In this document: one piece after another, positions 1 through 10,320 of the stretch
Position numbering within the stretch: the stretch's first letter is position 1
How the letters are laid out: every line of letters starts with the position of its first letter
DNA from: an uncultured Actinomycetota bacterium
GTDB taxonomy: Bacteria > Actinomycetota > Actinomycetes > Mycobacteriales > Mycobacteriaceae
NCBI GenBank assembly: GCA_963715215.1
Contig: CAVQRJ010000020.1
Coordinates: 352,343 to 416,342 of the forward strand
Length of the DNA: 64,000 nucleotides
Direction of reading: 5' to 3'
The notes under the pieces: generated by a model
Databases searched by the model: none
What the model was told of the DNA's origin: nothing
What the model saw: the letters and a program-made list of their open reading frames with translations, nothing else
Made by a program: the position numbers and the translations under genes

Positions 1-2
1 TC

Positions 3-98
3 GCGGCCGATCACCGGGCGAGCGACGGTCACCGTGGCGCGCTGTTCCTGGCCGCGATTAACGAGCTGCTCCAACAGCCCGAAGTCCTGGAGACGTGA
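3..98 (+). CDS. C-terminal end of 2-oxo-acid dehydrogenase E2 (dihydrolipoamide acyltransferase), partial at window edge
   Basis: Hand translation [31 protein letters not shown] contains the DHR-x-x-DG E2 catalytic motif; TGA at 96-98. Confidence 0.8.
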   Translation, partial: AADHRASDGHRGALFLAAINELLQQPEVLET

Positions 99-105
99 GA
101 GCGAA

Positions 106-363
106 ATGACGATTCAAGACGACATCCGCGGCGAGATCCTGTCGGTGTTGACGGCCATCGCCCCCGAGGTGGAAGCGGACGACATCCGCGACGACGTACT
201 GCTCCGCGATCAGGTGGATCTCGACTCGATGGACTGGTTGAACTTTCTCATCGGAATACACAAACGTCTGCACGTCGACATTCCAGAGTCGGATTATGCG
301 TCCTTGCGGACACTCACTGATGTGGTTCGCTTCGTCCAGCGCCAAGCGTCGGCAGCGCCCTAA
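106..363 (+). CDS. Acyl carrier (phosphopantetheine-binding) protein
   Basis: MTIQDDIRGEIL...LDSMDWLNFL has the DSM phosphopantetheinylation serine motif; follows the E2 gene. Confidence 0.85.
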   Translation: MTIQDDIRGEILSVLTAIAPEVEADDIRDDVLLRDQVDLDSMDWLNFLIGIHKRLHVDIPESDYASLRTLTDVVRFVQRQASAAP

Positions 364-758
364 TCGCTAAGCGAATCGATCGCCGCTCGCAGTTTCGTCG
401 CGACTTCGTCAGCGATCGGCCGCAATTCGGCCTCGCCGGTCACATCGACCAAGACTTGGGGATCCATCGCCTCTACGAGCACAGTGTCCTCGGTCATCGG
501 GTCGGCACGCACGACGACGTTGCACGGCAACAACAGTCCGATCTGGCGGTCGACGTTGACCGCGCGGTGCGCGAGCGGCGGGTTACACGCGCCGAGAATC
601 AGGTAGTTCTCCATGTCCTCGCCGAGCTTGGCTTTCAGCGTCGCCTTCATGTCGATCTCGGTCAGGACGCCGAATCCTTGCTCGGACAGCGCCCGCCGCG
701 TGCGTTCGACCGCGTCGTCGAAGGACGTGTGCAGCGTGGTGGACAGTGCAATACCCAT
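360..758 (-). CDS. DUF302 domain protein
   Basis: GFGVLTEID...YLILGACNP...GLLLPCNVVV family motifs; paralog at 14935-15357. Confidence 0.85.
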   Translation of the reverse strand: MGIALSTTLHTSFDDAVERTRRALSEQGFGVLTEIDMKATLKAKLGEDMENYLILGACNPPLAHRAVNVDRQIGLLLPCNVVVRADPMTEDTVLVEAMDPQVLVDVTGEAELRPIADEVATKLRAAIDSLSD

Positions 759-780
759 GTTGACCTCTCTCTCGCGCTCA

Positions 781-1978
<1,198 letters not shown>

Positions 1979-1983
1979 GGCCG

Positions 1984-2582
1984 TTAGCTCGCTGTCGCCG
2001 GGTCGGCGGGAGCGTTCACCAGCTGGGCAACGACTGTGCGCACATCGCATGCGGCCCCCGGTTGTAGGGCAACCGAGCGAGCAGCATGCCCATCGCACAG
2101 GTATTGGTCAGCGCCGCAAAGGCCAGCCCCGCGCCGATCGCGAAGGCCACCCACTTGACACCCGGAACGACGATGCTGACAAGGATGCTCAGGGCGACGA
2201 TCAGGCCCGCGCCGAGCCGGACCTGCCGCTCGAGATCCCAGCGCTGGGCACCCCGGTTGACCGCGAAGCCCTTTGTCTCCCAGGCGGTGATCCCGCCGTC
2301 GAGAATGTGCACGTTTGTCAGGCCGACCTGGCGCAGCGTCTCCTCCGCCTGCGCCGCCCGTTGTCCAGAGCGACACACCAGCACCATGTCGTCATCCATG
2401 TGCGAGAGGATCTCGTCGCGGTGCTCGCGCAGCAGATCGAGCGGAACGTTGTAGGCGCCGGGCATGTGAATCGTCTCGAATTCCCCGGGCGTGCGGACAT
2501 CGAGTACGCGCGGGGGTGACGAGGAATCCATCAATCTCCGCAGGTCTGCGGAATCGATCGTGGCGGGTATCGGTGCGTTCAT
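1984..2582 (-). CDS. Rhodanese + DUF2892 membrane sulfurtransferase (1-bp frameshift near 2055)
   Basis: DVRTPGEF and active-site loop CRSGQRA; C-terminal ALTNTCAMGMLL DUF2892; restoring one G in the G-run gives the tail RGAACDVRTVVAQLV. Confidence 0.85.
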
Positions 2583-2601
2583 TTGTCCTCCGATCTGACA
2601 T

Positions 2602-2711
2602 ATACCCTACGGGGTATGGTTTTCTCCTATATAGTACATATACCCGTGGGGGTATGAGCAGGATGGGAATAGATATACCCCATAGGGTACTTGATATACC
2701 CATAGGGGTAT
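2602..2711. promoter_or_regulatory. Four tandem CsoR/CstR-type operators in the divergent promoter
   Basis: ATACCC-N4-GGGTA(T/C) at 2602-2617, 2640-2655, 2675-2690 and 2696-2711, in an AT-rich spacer. Confidence 0.85.
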
Positions 2712-2755
2712 ATGCAGGATGGGTGTAGCCCCAGCGAAGAAATTAAGGAAGAACG

Positions 2756-4135
2756 ATGATCCTCGAGCAGTACTACATCGAGTGCCTATCTCACGCGTCG
2801 TACCTGATCGGCGACGAAACCACCGGCCGCGCAGTCGTTGTCGACCCGCGCCGCGACATCGCCGAGTACCTCGCCGACGCGGCGAAGTACGGGCTGACGA
2901 TCGGAGGAGTGATCAACACCCACTTCCACGCCGACTTCGTCTCCGGACACCTCGAGCTCGTCGATGCAACCGGGGCTTGGATCGGGTTCGGCGAGGCGGC
3001 CCAAACCGACTACCCCATTCGCCGACTGGCCGATGGCGAGCACATCTCGCTCGGTGAGGTCGACCTGGAGATCCTGTCCACCCCCGGTCACACGTGGGAG
3101 TCGATCAGCGTCGTGGTGCGGGAACACCCCAGCGCCAAACCGAAGGCGGTGCTGACCGGTGACTCGCTGTTCATCGGCGACGTCGGCCGGCCCGACCTGG
3201 TCAACATCGGTGACAGCTCCACCAGCGATCTGGCACGGGCGATGTACCACACGATCCACGACAAGCTGCTGAAACTGCCGGACGACGTGACGGTAATGCC
3301 CGCCCACGGCGCTGGGTCGTCATGCGGCAAGAACCTGTCGACCGAACTCACCTCGACCATCGGTGAACAGCGCCGCACCAACCCGTCGGTGCAGCCGATG
3401 AGCGAGAACGAGTTCGTGAAACTGATCACGCACGGACAACCAGCCGCGCCCGCCTATTTCTCCGTCGACGCGTCGATGAACAAGCGGGTCCACCCGTTGC
3501 TGGACCAGTCGCGCAAGATTCCCGCTCTGACCCCGGCGCAGATCCGCCAAGCGCTCAACGAGGGTGTGCGCGTGGTGGATGCCCGCAGCGTGGAGGACTT
3601 CGCGGCCGGCCATCTGCGCGGATCGGTCAACGTCGGATTCGACGGCCGCTTCGCCGAGACCGGCGGCATGGTCGCCGACATCGGGGACAAGGTCGCGCTG
3701 ATCACGTACCCCGGTGAGGAACAGGACGCGGCGCTGCGGCTTGCCCGCGTCGGCTCCGACAATGCGATCGGATACCTGACCGTGGCCCGCGGCGGCGAGT
3801 TCCCTGCCGAGCTCTCCGACCTCGTGCGGACATCTCCCCGCGTGAGCCCCACCGAGCTCGACGGTCTCCTCGCCGAGGATGCCGTAGTCCTCATCGATAT
3901 CCGCAATCCGGGCGAGGTCGAACTGGGCCGCATCCCCAGCTCGGTCAACATCCCGCTGGCCCAGCTACGGAACCGGCTCGACATGTTGCCGACCGACAAG
4001 CCGATCGTCGTGCACTGCGCCGGCGGCTGGCGCTCCAGTGTGGCCGCCTCGCTGTTGAGAGCGCAGGGCTTCGACAACGTGTGGGATCTGGCTGGCGGCT
4101 ATAACGCCTGGCTCGACGCCCACGCGATCGCCTAA
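2756..4135 (+). CDS. Persulfide dioxygenase (MBL fold)-rhodanese fusion, CstB/Blh-like
   Basis: THFHADFVSGH, TPGHT, GDSLF and PAHGAGSSCG motifs, plus two rhodanese domains (HCAGGWRS). Confidence 0.9.
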   Translation: MILEQYYIECLSHASYLIGDETTGRAVVVDPRRDIAEYLADAAKYGLTIGGVINTHFHADFVSGHLELVDATGAWIGFGEAAQTDYPIRRLADGEHISLGEVDLEILSTPGHTWESISVVVREHPSAKPKAVLTGDSLFIGDVGRPDLVNIGDSSTSDLARAMYHTIHDKLLKLPDDVTVMPAHGAGSSCGKNLSTELTSTIGEQRRTNPSVQPMSENEFVKLITHGQPAAPAYFSVDASMNKRVHPLLDQSRKIPALTPAQIRQALNEGVRVVDARSVEDFAAGHLRGSVNVGFDGRFAETGGMVADIGDKVALITYPGEEQDAALRLARVGSDNAIGYLTVARGGEFPAELSDLVRTSPRVSPTELDGLLAEDAVVLIDIRNPGEVELGRIPSSVNIPLAQLRNRLDMLPTDKPIVVHCAGGWRSSVAASLLRAQGFDNVWDLAGGYNAWLDAHAIA

Positions 4136-4172
4136 CACGCTGCACCACAGAGTATTTGATAGGAACCAAGCA

Positions 4173-4547
4173 ATGCCCACCACCAGCCTGACCCGAGCGA
4201 ACTTCGAGTCGACGATCGTCGACAACCCCATAGTGCTGGTCGACTTCTGGGCGTCATGGTGCGGTCCGTGCCGCGCCTTCGCCCCCGTCTTCGATCGCTC
4301 GGCACAGTCGCACCCGGACATCGTCCACGCCAAGGTTGACACCCAGGCCGAACAGGAGCTCGCCGCCATCCTTGGTATCCAATCGATTCCGACGATCATG
4401 GCGTTCCGCGAGGGCGTGCTCGTCTACAGCCAGCCCGGCGCGATGCCACCGGCCATGCTCGAAGACCTGATCGACCAGGTCAAGTCCCTCGACATGGATC
4501 AGGTACGTGCGAAGATCGCCGCGCGCAAGGCTGCGGTTTCGGCGTAA
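4173..4547 (+). CDS. trxA: Thioredoxin
   Basis: DFWASWCGPC active site; IQSIPT. Confidence 0.92.
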   Translation: MPTTSLTRANFESTIVDNPIVLVDFWASWCGPCRAFAPVFDRSAQSHPDIVHAKVDTQAEQELAAILGIQSIPTIMAFREGVLVYSQPGAMPPAMLEDLIDQVKSLDMDQVRAKIAARKAAVSA

Positions 4548-4568
4548 CCCAAGTCAGGAGGAAGAGTC

Positions 4569-4745
4569 ATGTGCTACCCCGTGCAATGCCCCGCCTGCGG
4601 CAAGACCGGCTGGGCTGGCTGCGGTCGGCACATCGACGAGGTGATGCGTACCGTGCCGGCAGCCCGAAGGTGTCGCTGCCGGCAGGGCAGTGCCGCGCGG
4701 GATCACGCAGAACGGCGAGGCGATCCCGGTACTCGGTCTCGCTGA
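4569..4745 (+). CDS. Small Cys/His-rich protein (58 aa), absent from the ORF track
   Basis: AGGAGG Shine-Dalgarno, then MCYPVQCPACGKTGWAGCGRHIDEVMRTVPAARRCRC...; TGA at 4743-4745. Confidence 0.7.
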   Translation: MCYPVQCPACGKTGWAGCGRHIDEVMRTVPAARRCRCRQGSAARDHAERRGDPGTRSR

Positions 4746-5140
4746 TCTCTCCGCTCGCGAAGCGTGCGCGGCCCGCCGTGCGTCACTCGCCGTCGGGGAC
4801 CATCGGCACTCGTGGAAGGGACCAACGGTGTCTGCTAGCGCGTGTTGGCCCGCACATACCGTTAGCGGCACCGGATCGGAAATGCCATGGACTGGCCGAC
4901 AGCCGTGGTCTTATTTCCCAGCCGTTATCGCGGTGATGGCGGTGCTGACTACCTCCATCAATGGTCGTTTCTCGACGAAGGACTGCGGAATGTCGGAAAC
5001 CACAACGAAACTCGGGATACTGTCGGACCCATCATTCCGTCAGGGTGGCGCATTCTGTATTGGCCTTGGGTGGTCCGGACTTAGGGGCTTCGGTCGTGGC
5101 TCAACGATGCCGATTCCCGCCAAGCGATGAATGCGTATCG

Positions 5141-6312
5141 TCAGCCTAGCGCCACGCCATCGCCGATGGTCTTGGCGACACCAGCTGGCTGAGGCAGCGC
5201 GAGCCTGCGCACAGCAATCAATCTGGTGATATCGCTCGCGGTGACGATGCCGACAACCCGGCCCGAGTCGACCACGAGGGCGCGCTTCTCGGCGGCACGT
5301 GCCAGGCGCTCCAGCAGCCCGAGGAACGGCTCGTGCGGCTCCGCCGTCGCCACTTCGTCGCGCGGTATGGCCGCGTCACGAATCAGGGTGGTGGCGCGCT
5401 GATCTGGTGCGACGTCACGCAGCTCGGCCAGCGTGATCAGTCCAGTGATCACCCCGTCGGAGTTCTGGACCGGGTACGACGAGTGGCGGTCGCCCAGCAG
5501 ATAGCGCTGGATGAACTCCTCGACGGAGATCGAGCCGGGAGCGGTATGCGGATCAGCCGTCATCACCTCGGCGACAGACACGCCCGCGAGGGACTGCCGG
5601 GTTAGTATCCACGCCTCTTCGTCGCGAGCGGCGGTGAGCAGGAACCAGCCGATGAACGCCATCCACACACCACCGACCAGTGAGCCCGCCAGGAACTCGA
5701 ACAGCCCCACCCCGATCAACACGTATGCGACCACACGTCCGGCGCGCGCCGCGCCAACGGCAGCGCGGACCGCATCACCGTGTCGGCGCCAGAGGTAGGC
5801 GCGAAGTATCCGGCCCCCGTCCAACGGCGCACCGGGCAGCAGGTTGAACAGCCCGAGTATCAAGTTGATTCCTGCCAGCCACCAAGCGACGGCGACCACG
5901 ATGTTCGTCATGCCGACCACACGCAAACCCGCCGCGGCGCCCGCGAATACCGCCGCTGGTGCGAGGCTCACGGCCGGACCAGATGCAGCGATCCAGAATG
6001 CGGTTCGAGGGGTCTTCGCCTCGCCGCCGAGGCGCGCGATACCCCCGAACAACCACAACTTACGCCCACGACCTCGATGCCCGCGCGGCGGGCGACGATC
6101 GCATGCGTCAGCTCGTGAGCCAGCAGCGAGGCGAGTAGCACCGCGGCGCCACAGGCTCCAGCCAGCCAGTAGGCGCTCGTCGCGTGGCCCGGTGCGGCGT
6201 CAGGCAGCGTGGCGGCCAGGCTCCACGTGAACAACCACAAGATGACCAGCACGCTCCAGTGCACGGTCAGCGGGAACCCGGCCACCCTCCCGAGCGGAAT
6301 ACCCTCGTCCAT
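5141..6312 (-). pseudogene. Site-2 (M50) zinc metalloprotease with CBS domains, Rv2625c/Rip3-like; 1-bp frameshift near 6060
   Basis: HELTH (HExxH), [11 protein letters not shown] and C-terminal CBS pair; frames join at GV(T)LWLFGG. Confidence 0.85.
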
Positions 6313-6350
6313 GTGCTACCTCCAATTTCCTGCCGGACAGAAGCTTCGTG

Positions 6351-6440
6351 TTAGTGCTGGCGGGCAACGATCACCGGAACGCGGGCCGCCTGCGCCACGG
6401 CGGTGCTGACCGAACCGAGCAGCATGCCGGCGACGCCGCA
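6351..6440 (-). pseudogene. C-terminal remnant of a universal stress protein
   Basis: GMLLGSVSTAVAQAARVPVIVARQH* is the USP C-terminal signature. Confidence 0.75.
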
Positions 6441-6506
6441 CCCCTCCGAACGCTTTCCTAGGCAACAACAGGTAACGTCAGCGTGCCGTCGGGCGGCGGC
6501 CCTTCC

Positions 6507-6538
6507 TAGGGCCGATAGTCCCTACCCTCCGGGGGTAT
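6507..6538. promoter_or_regulatory. Composite site: DosR-like box overlapping a RicR-like TACCC-N5-GGGTA box
   Basis: TAGGGCCGATAGTCCC-TACCC-TCCGG-GGGTAT. Confidence 0.6.
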
Positions 6539-6559
6539 GTGTGCGGCATCATCCGAAAC

Positions 6560-6928
6560 ATGACGGAAGCACCTGAATCCAGGGCCGAACCGACCACCGT
6601 GACTGGGCAACCCCGCTACGACAACCGATATGACCGGCCGAATCGGCTGAGTCAAGTCTTGGCGTGGGTGGGCATCATCGCCGGTGTCCTGTTCGTCGTC
6701 GCGGTGATCTTCTTCTCGGGGTTCTTCTTGGGCTGGTCCTCAGGCGGCCACCATGGCTGGCACCGGGACTACGACGGCGACCGTGACGGCTGCTACAGCG
6801 GCCAGATGGGACCGGGCGGAATGATGGGACCCGGAGGAATGATGGGACCCGGCCAAATCTGGCCGGGCGGACCGATGGGCCCGAGTCAGTCGCCAACCAC
6901 GACGGCACCCAGCACGCCGCGCCCATAG
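6560..6928 (+). CDS. Single-pass membrane protein with His/Met-rich GPGGMM repeats
   Basis: One TM segment, then GGHHGWH and tandem 18-bp repeats encoding GPGGMM. Confidence 0.7.
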   Translation: MTEAPESRAEPTTVTGQPRYDNRYDRPNRLSQVLAWVGIIAGVLFVVAVIFFSGFFLGWSSGGHHGWHRDYDGDRDGCYSGQMGPGGMMGPGGMMGPGQIWPGGPMGPSQSPTTTAPSTPRP

Positions 6929-6936
6929 GCCAGCGG

Positions 6937-7455
6937 GTGACTCAAAACGGCTTCAACGCCGTTGAAAGGGCGTTGCGCCATCAGACGTTCGGCACCCTGT
7001 CGACGCTGTCAGAGCAGGGTCGCCCGCATGCGACTGGCGTGGTCTACGCGGTGTCCCCGAAGGGCGAGCCCCTAATCCTCTACGTCACTACGAGGACGAC
7101 TACCCGCAAGGTGCGAAACGTTCGGGCGCACCCCGACGTTGCGTTCGTAGTTCCGGTCCCCCGCCGCTTCATTCCGGGATTCCCGCCTCGCGCCGTTCAG
7201 TTTCAAGGCACTGCGACGGTAGTCCCAGGCGACCATAGGCGGGCGCTCTGCGCCTTTGCTTCGTCATGGTTCCTACGCAGGATTCTGGTAGCGGAGCAAC
7301 GCATCGTGACTCAGGGCGGCGACCTGTGTTTCATATGCATACGCCCTGACCCCACGGTGTTCACGTATGGGATTGGAATGTCGCTCTGGCATAACGTGCG
7401 ACAGCCGCGAGACGCCATAGGTCGGGTGAAGATTCGTGACGATGGCTTGTCATAG
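6937..7455 (+). CDS. Pyridoxamine 5'-phosphate oxidase-like (split-barrel flavin/F420-binding) protein
   Basis: GTLSTLSEQGRPH...VVY, TRKVRNVRAHPDVAF. Confidence 0.75.
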   Translation: MTQNGFNAVERALRHQTFGTLSTLSEQGRPHATGVVYAVSPKGEPLILYVTTRTTTRKVRNVRAHPDVAFVVPVPRRFIPGFPPRAVQFQGTATVVPGDHRRALCAFASSWFLRRILVAEQRIVTQGGDLCFICIRPDPTVFTYGIGMSLWHNVRQPRDAIGRVKIRDDGLS

Positions 7456-7756
7456 GGCCGTCTTCCTTGAGCCCCGAAAATAGGGACAGGCTCATGGAGA
7501 GAAGCACGGGATGAAAGGAACGACAACCGGTTTGGCTTCCCGCAAGCCCCGGTGAGGGCCCAGCTATTCCGGCTGATTCCGGGTCATAGACGGTGAATAA
7601 ACGGCAACCGAAACACGACGGCGAGCCGCTCGGCGATCGCACGTCCTATGCGGCCAGACGCGCAGGTGACCAAGGCCGACGCACCATCGATACGGACGGA
7701 CTCGGTTGACATATAACGATGCCTCAAATCACCGCTTGTCGTGGGCCCGATGGTGG

Positions 7757-7890
7757 CTACAGCGAGGCGAGGATGCTTTGCATGGTGTCGATCTCCTGCT
7801 GCTGGCTGGTGACGATCGAGTGCGCCAGTGCAATCGCCGCGGGATATTGACCTGACGTGATTTCGTTCTGGGCCATCGTGATTGCGCCCT
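7757..7890 (-). pseudogene. C-terminal fragment of a DUF305 (ferritin-like, copper-associated) protein
   Basis: QGAITMAQNEITSGQYPAAIALAHSIVTSQQQEIDTM. Confidence 0.7.
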
Positions 7891-8838
7891 GCCGCCGATC
7901 TCGGCCAATGCGTCGACGGTGGGTTTGATGATCGGCTCGAATGCAGGACCGCTGAGGTGGAAGCCGCCGACGACCGCGGCCACGGTCTCGATGCCGGTGA
8001 GCCTTCGCGCATAACGGACGATGTTGACAATCCCGGCGTGCCCGCACCCGGTCAGCACGATCAGACCGTGACCGGCGACGTGGACGATGAGGGCCTGGTC
8101 GTCGAGGATCAACGGGTCGGGCGCCCAGGTCCCGTCGGTCAGCGCCTCGTGAAACGGCATGCCATGCTCGAAGTCACTGGTGCGATCTACCTCGCCGGTG
8201 ATCAGTACCGAATCGTCAAACAGCAACGATGGCTGGCGGCGTTCGATGACTTCAAGGCCGGCCTGCTGCAGCGCTTTGCGGCTGGGTGAGGGAAGTTCGA
8301 GCTCGAACAGTCCCGGAATCGCGATGCGGCGCTTGGTGAATGCTCCGGGGTGCACGACCAGGGGCAGATTGGACGGGCCGACGGCGCGGACGAATCCGTC
8401 CAGGCCAGTCACGTGGTCGGAGTGCCCGTGACTGAGCACGATCAGCTCAATGTCGAACGGGGACAACCCGAGTCGGCGCATGTTGTCAGACAGACCATCG
8501 GGGGTCATTCCCGCGTCGAACAGCAGGTGGTGGTCGTGGCCGTCGCGGGTGACGGTAACCAGCATGGAAAACCCGTGCTCGGCCAGGGGGATATCGTAGG
8601 TTTCGCCGGTATCGAGCACATTGGTCGCCAGCCGCGACGCGGCGGTGGCCGCGAGCAGACCGTGCCGGTGCACTGGACCCTGATCCGCCAGCAACAGGTC
8701 GGTGCTGTTGTCGACTAGCGTGGTGAGAGTGACCGCGTCGACCGGGACCAGGGTTACCGGATCGGCCGGCGCGACCGCGGATTCGGGTCGTATCGCCCAA
8801 GCCGCCACCGCTGCAGGATGATCAGGTTCGGTGCACAT
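7891..8838 (-). pseudogene. MBL-fold metallo-hydrolase, 3'-truncated and joined to the DUF305 fragment
   Basis: AEHGFS, LFDAG, LSHGHSDHVTG, LTGCGHAG and GGFHL motifs; AGGAGG SD; ends abruptly after ALAEIG. Confidence 0.8.
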
Positions 8839-8960
8839 TGCTGACCTCCTCGCCGGGATTTGCGGCATGACAGTAACGGCTCGCGTCTATGGGGGCGAGA
8901 GTCTTAATTCCCTTTTGGGCACGCAACGTCGTGTTGGCGCATCGCTTGTAGCATGGCCTG

Positions 8961-10320
8961 ATGGCCGGGCCCTGGAGTCTGGACAAACTGGCCGCGGTAT
9001 CCGGTGAGACCGAGGGTCGTCTTCGTCGGTACGTCGACATGGGCCTGTTGCATCGGCAAGCGAATGGAGAATTCGAACCCGATTCTTTGCATCGGTTGCG
9101 GCTGATCCAGTTCGCCCAGACCCGCGGTGTCAGCGACGATCAGCTAGCGGCGGTGACCGCCAGCCAAGGCGATTTGCTTGGAATTTTCAACGAGTTGCAT
9201 GCGTCCACTGATGCCGCCACCGATCTCGCTGCTGCCGCCCGTGAGCTTGGTGTCGATGACGATGTGATGGCCGAACTTGCCGAAATCCTCGGCTGGGACG
9301 ACGTCGGAACCGGCACCGAGGCAGACGTTGCCGCGCTGCATGTGACGGCAAAAGCCCTCGCATTGGGCATGCCTCGCGACGCGCTGATGCAGATGGTGCG
9401 GGTGTTCACCGATGTCATGGATCGGCTGGCCGATGCGGAGGTGCGCACCTTCCACGACTACGTCCACGAGCGCTTCCGCGCCGAAGGACTCACAGGTCCG
9501 CAGTTGCTGGAGACAACGCAGTCCGTCGGGAAACCCGTGCTGGAGCTGGTCGAGCCGGCGCTGCTGTATTTCCACCGACGGGCCTATCAGCGTGCCAACC
9601 GCGAAGATCTGTTGCGCCATCTTGCCGAGGAGACCCACCCGCCTTCGGCGACACCGGGTGAGGAGCAAGTGACGGTTCTGTTCGTCGATTTGGCCAGCTT
9701 TACGGCGCTGACCGCGACGATGGGTGATCACATGGCGGTCGATGTTCTGGGCAGGTTCAGTGCGACGGTGCGAGCCAGCACAGGCCGGTGTGGGGGCAGG
9801 ATCGTCAAGCAGATCGGCGACGCGTTCATGCTGATGTTTAACCGGCCGGCCGATGCGATCGAATTCGGGTTGGAGATGGATCGTTTCGTCCAAGCCGAGT
9901 CCCAGTTCCCTGCCCTGCACATCGGTGCACACCATGGCACTGTCCTCTACCGTGAGGGTGACTATGTCGGCGCCACAGTGAATTTGGCCGCCCGAGTGGC
10001 ATCGGCCGGTGCCGCAGGGAAGTTCCTGATCACCGCAGATCTGCGCGATGCGGTCGGGGATGTCGCTCGACGCCGACTTTGTGTCATTGCCGCCGCAGCG
10101 GCTCAAGGGAATTCGCGATCCAATCTGTCTGATCGAGGTGCGCCGCCGCGGCCCGGAACGCTCGAATCGGCCTGTCGACCCGGTGTGCGGTCTGCTCCTG
10201 GGCCCGGGCGACGTGGCAACTCAGGCCACCTGGAATGGAATCACGTTCGCCTTCTGCTGCGAGCTATGCAGGACGGCTTTCACCGAAGATCCCGCCCGAT
10301 TCGTCAGCTCACATAGTTGA
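8961..10320 (+). CDS. Class III adenylyl cyclase with N-terminal MerR-like HTH and C-terminal YHS/TRASH domain (1-bp frameshift near 10065)
   Basis: VLFVDLASFT, KQIGDAFM and DYVGATVNLAAR; DPVCG...FAFCCELCRTAF in the adjoining frame. Confidence 0.85.

Noticed and set aside
2602-2711. Repeats as a mini-CRISPR or plasmid iterons
   Set aside because: Palindromic 16-mers with very short, irregular gaps that match CsoR-family operators; no cas or rep gene nearby.
6809-6885. Tandem repeats as a CRISPR or VNTR
   Set aside because: In-frame 18-bp coding repeats without spacers.
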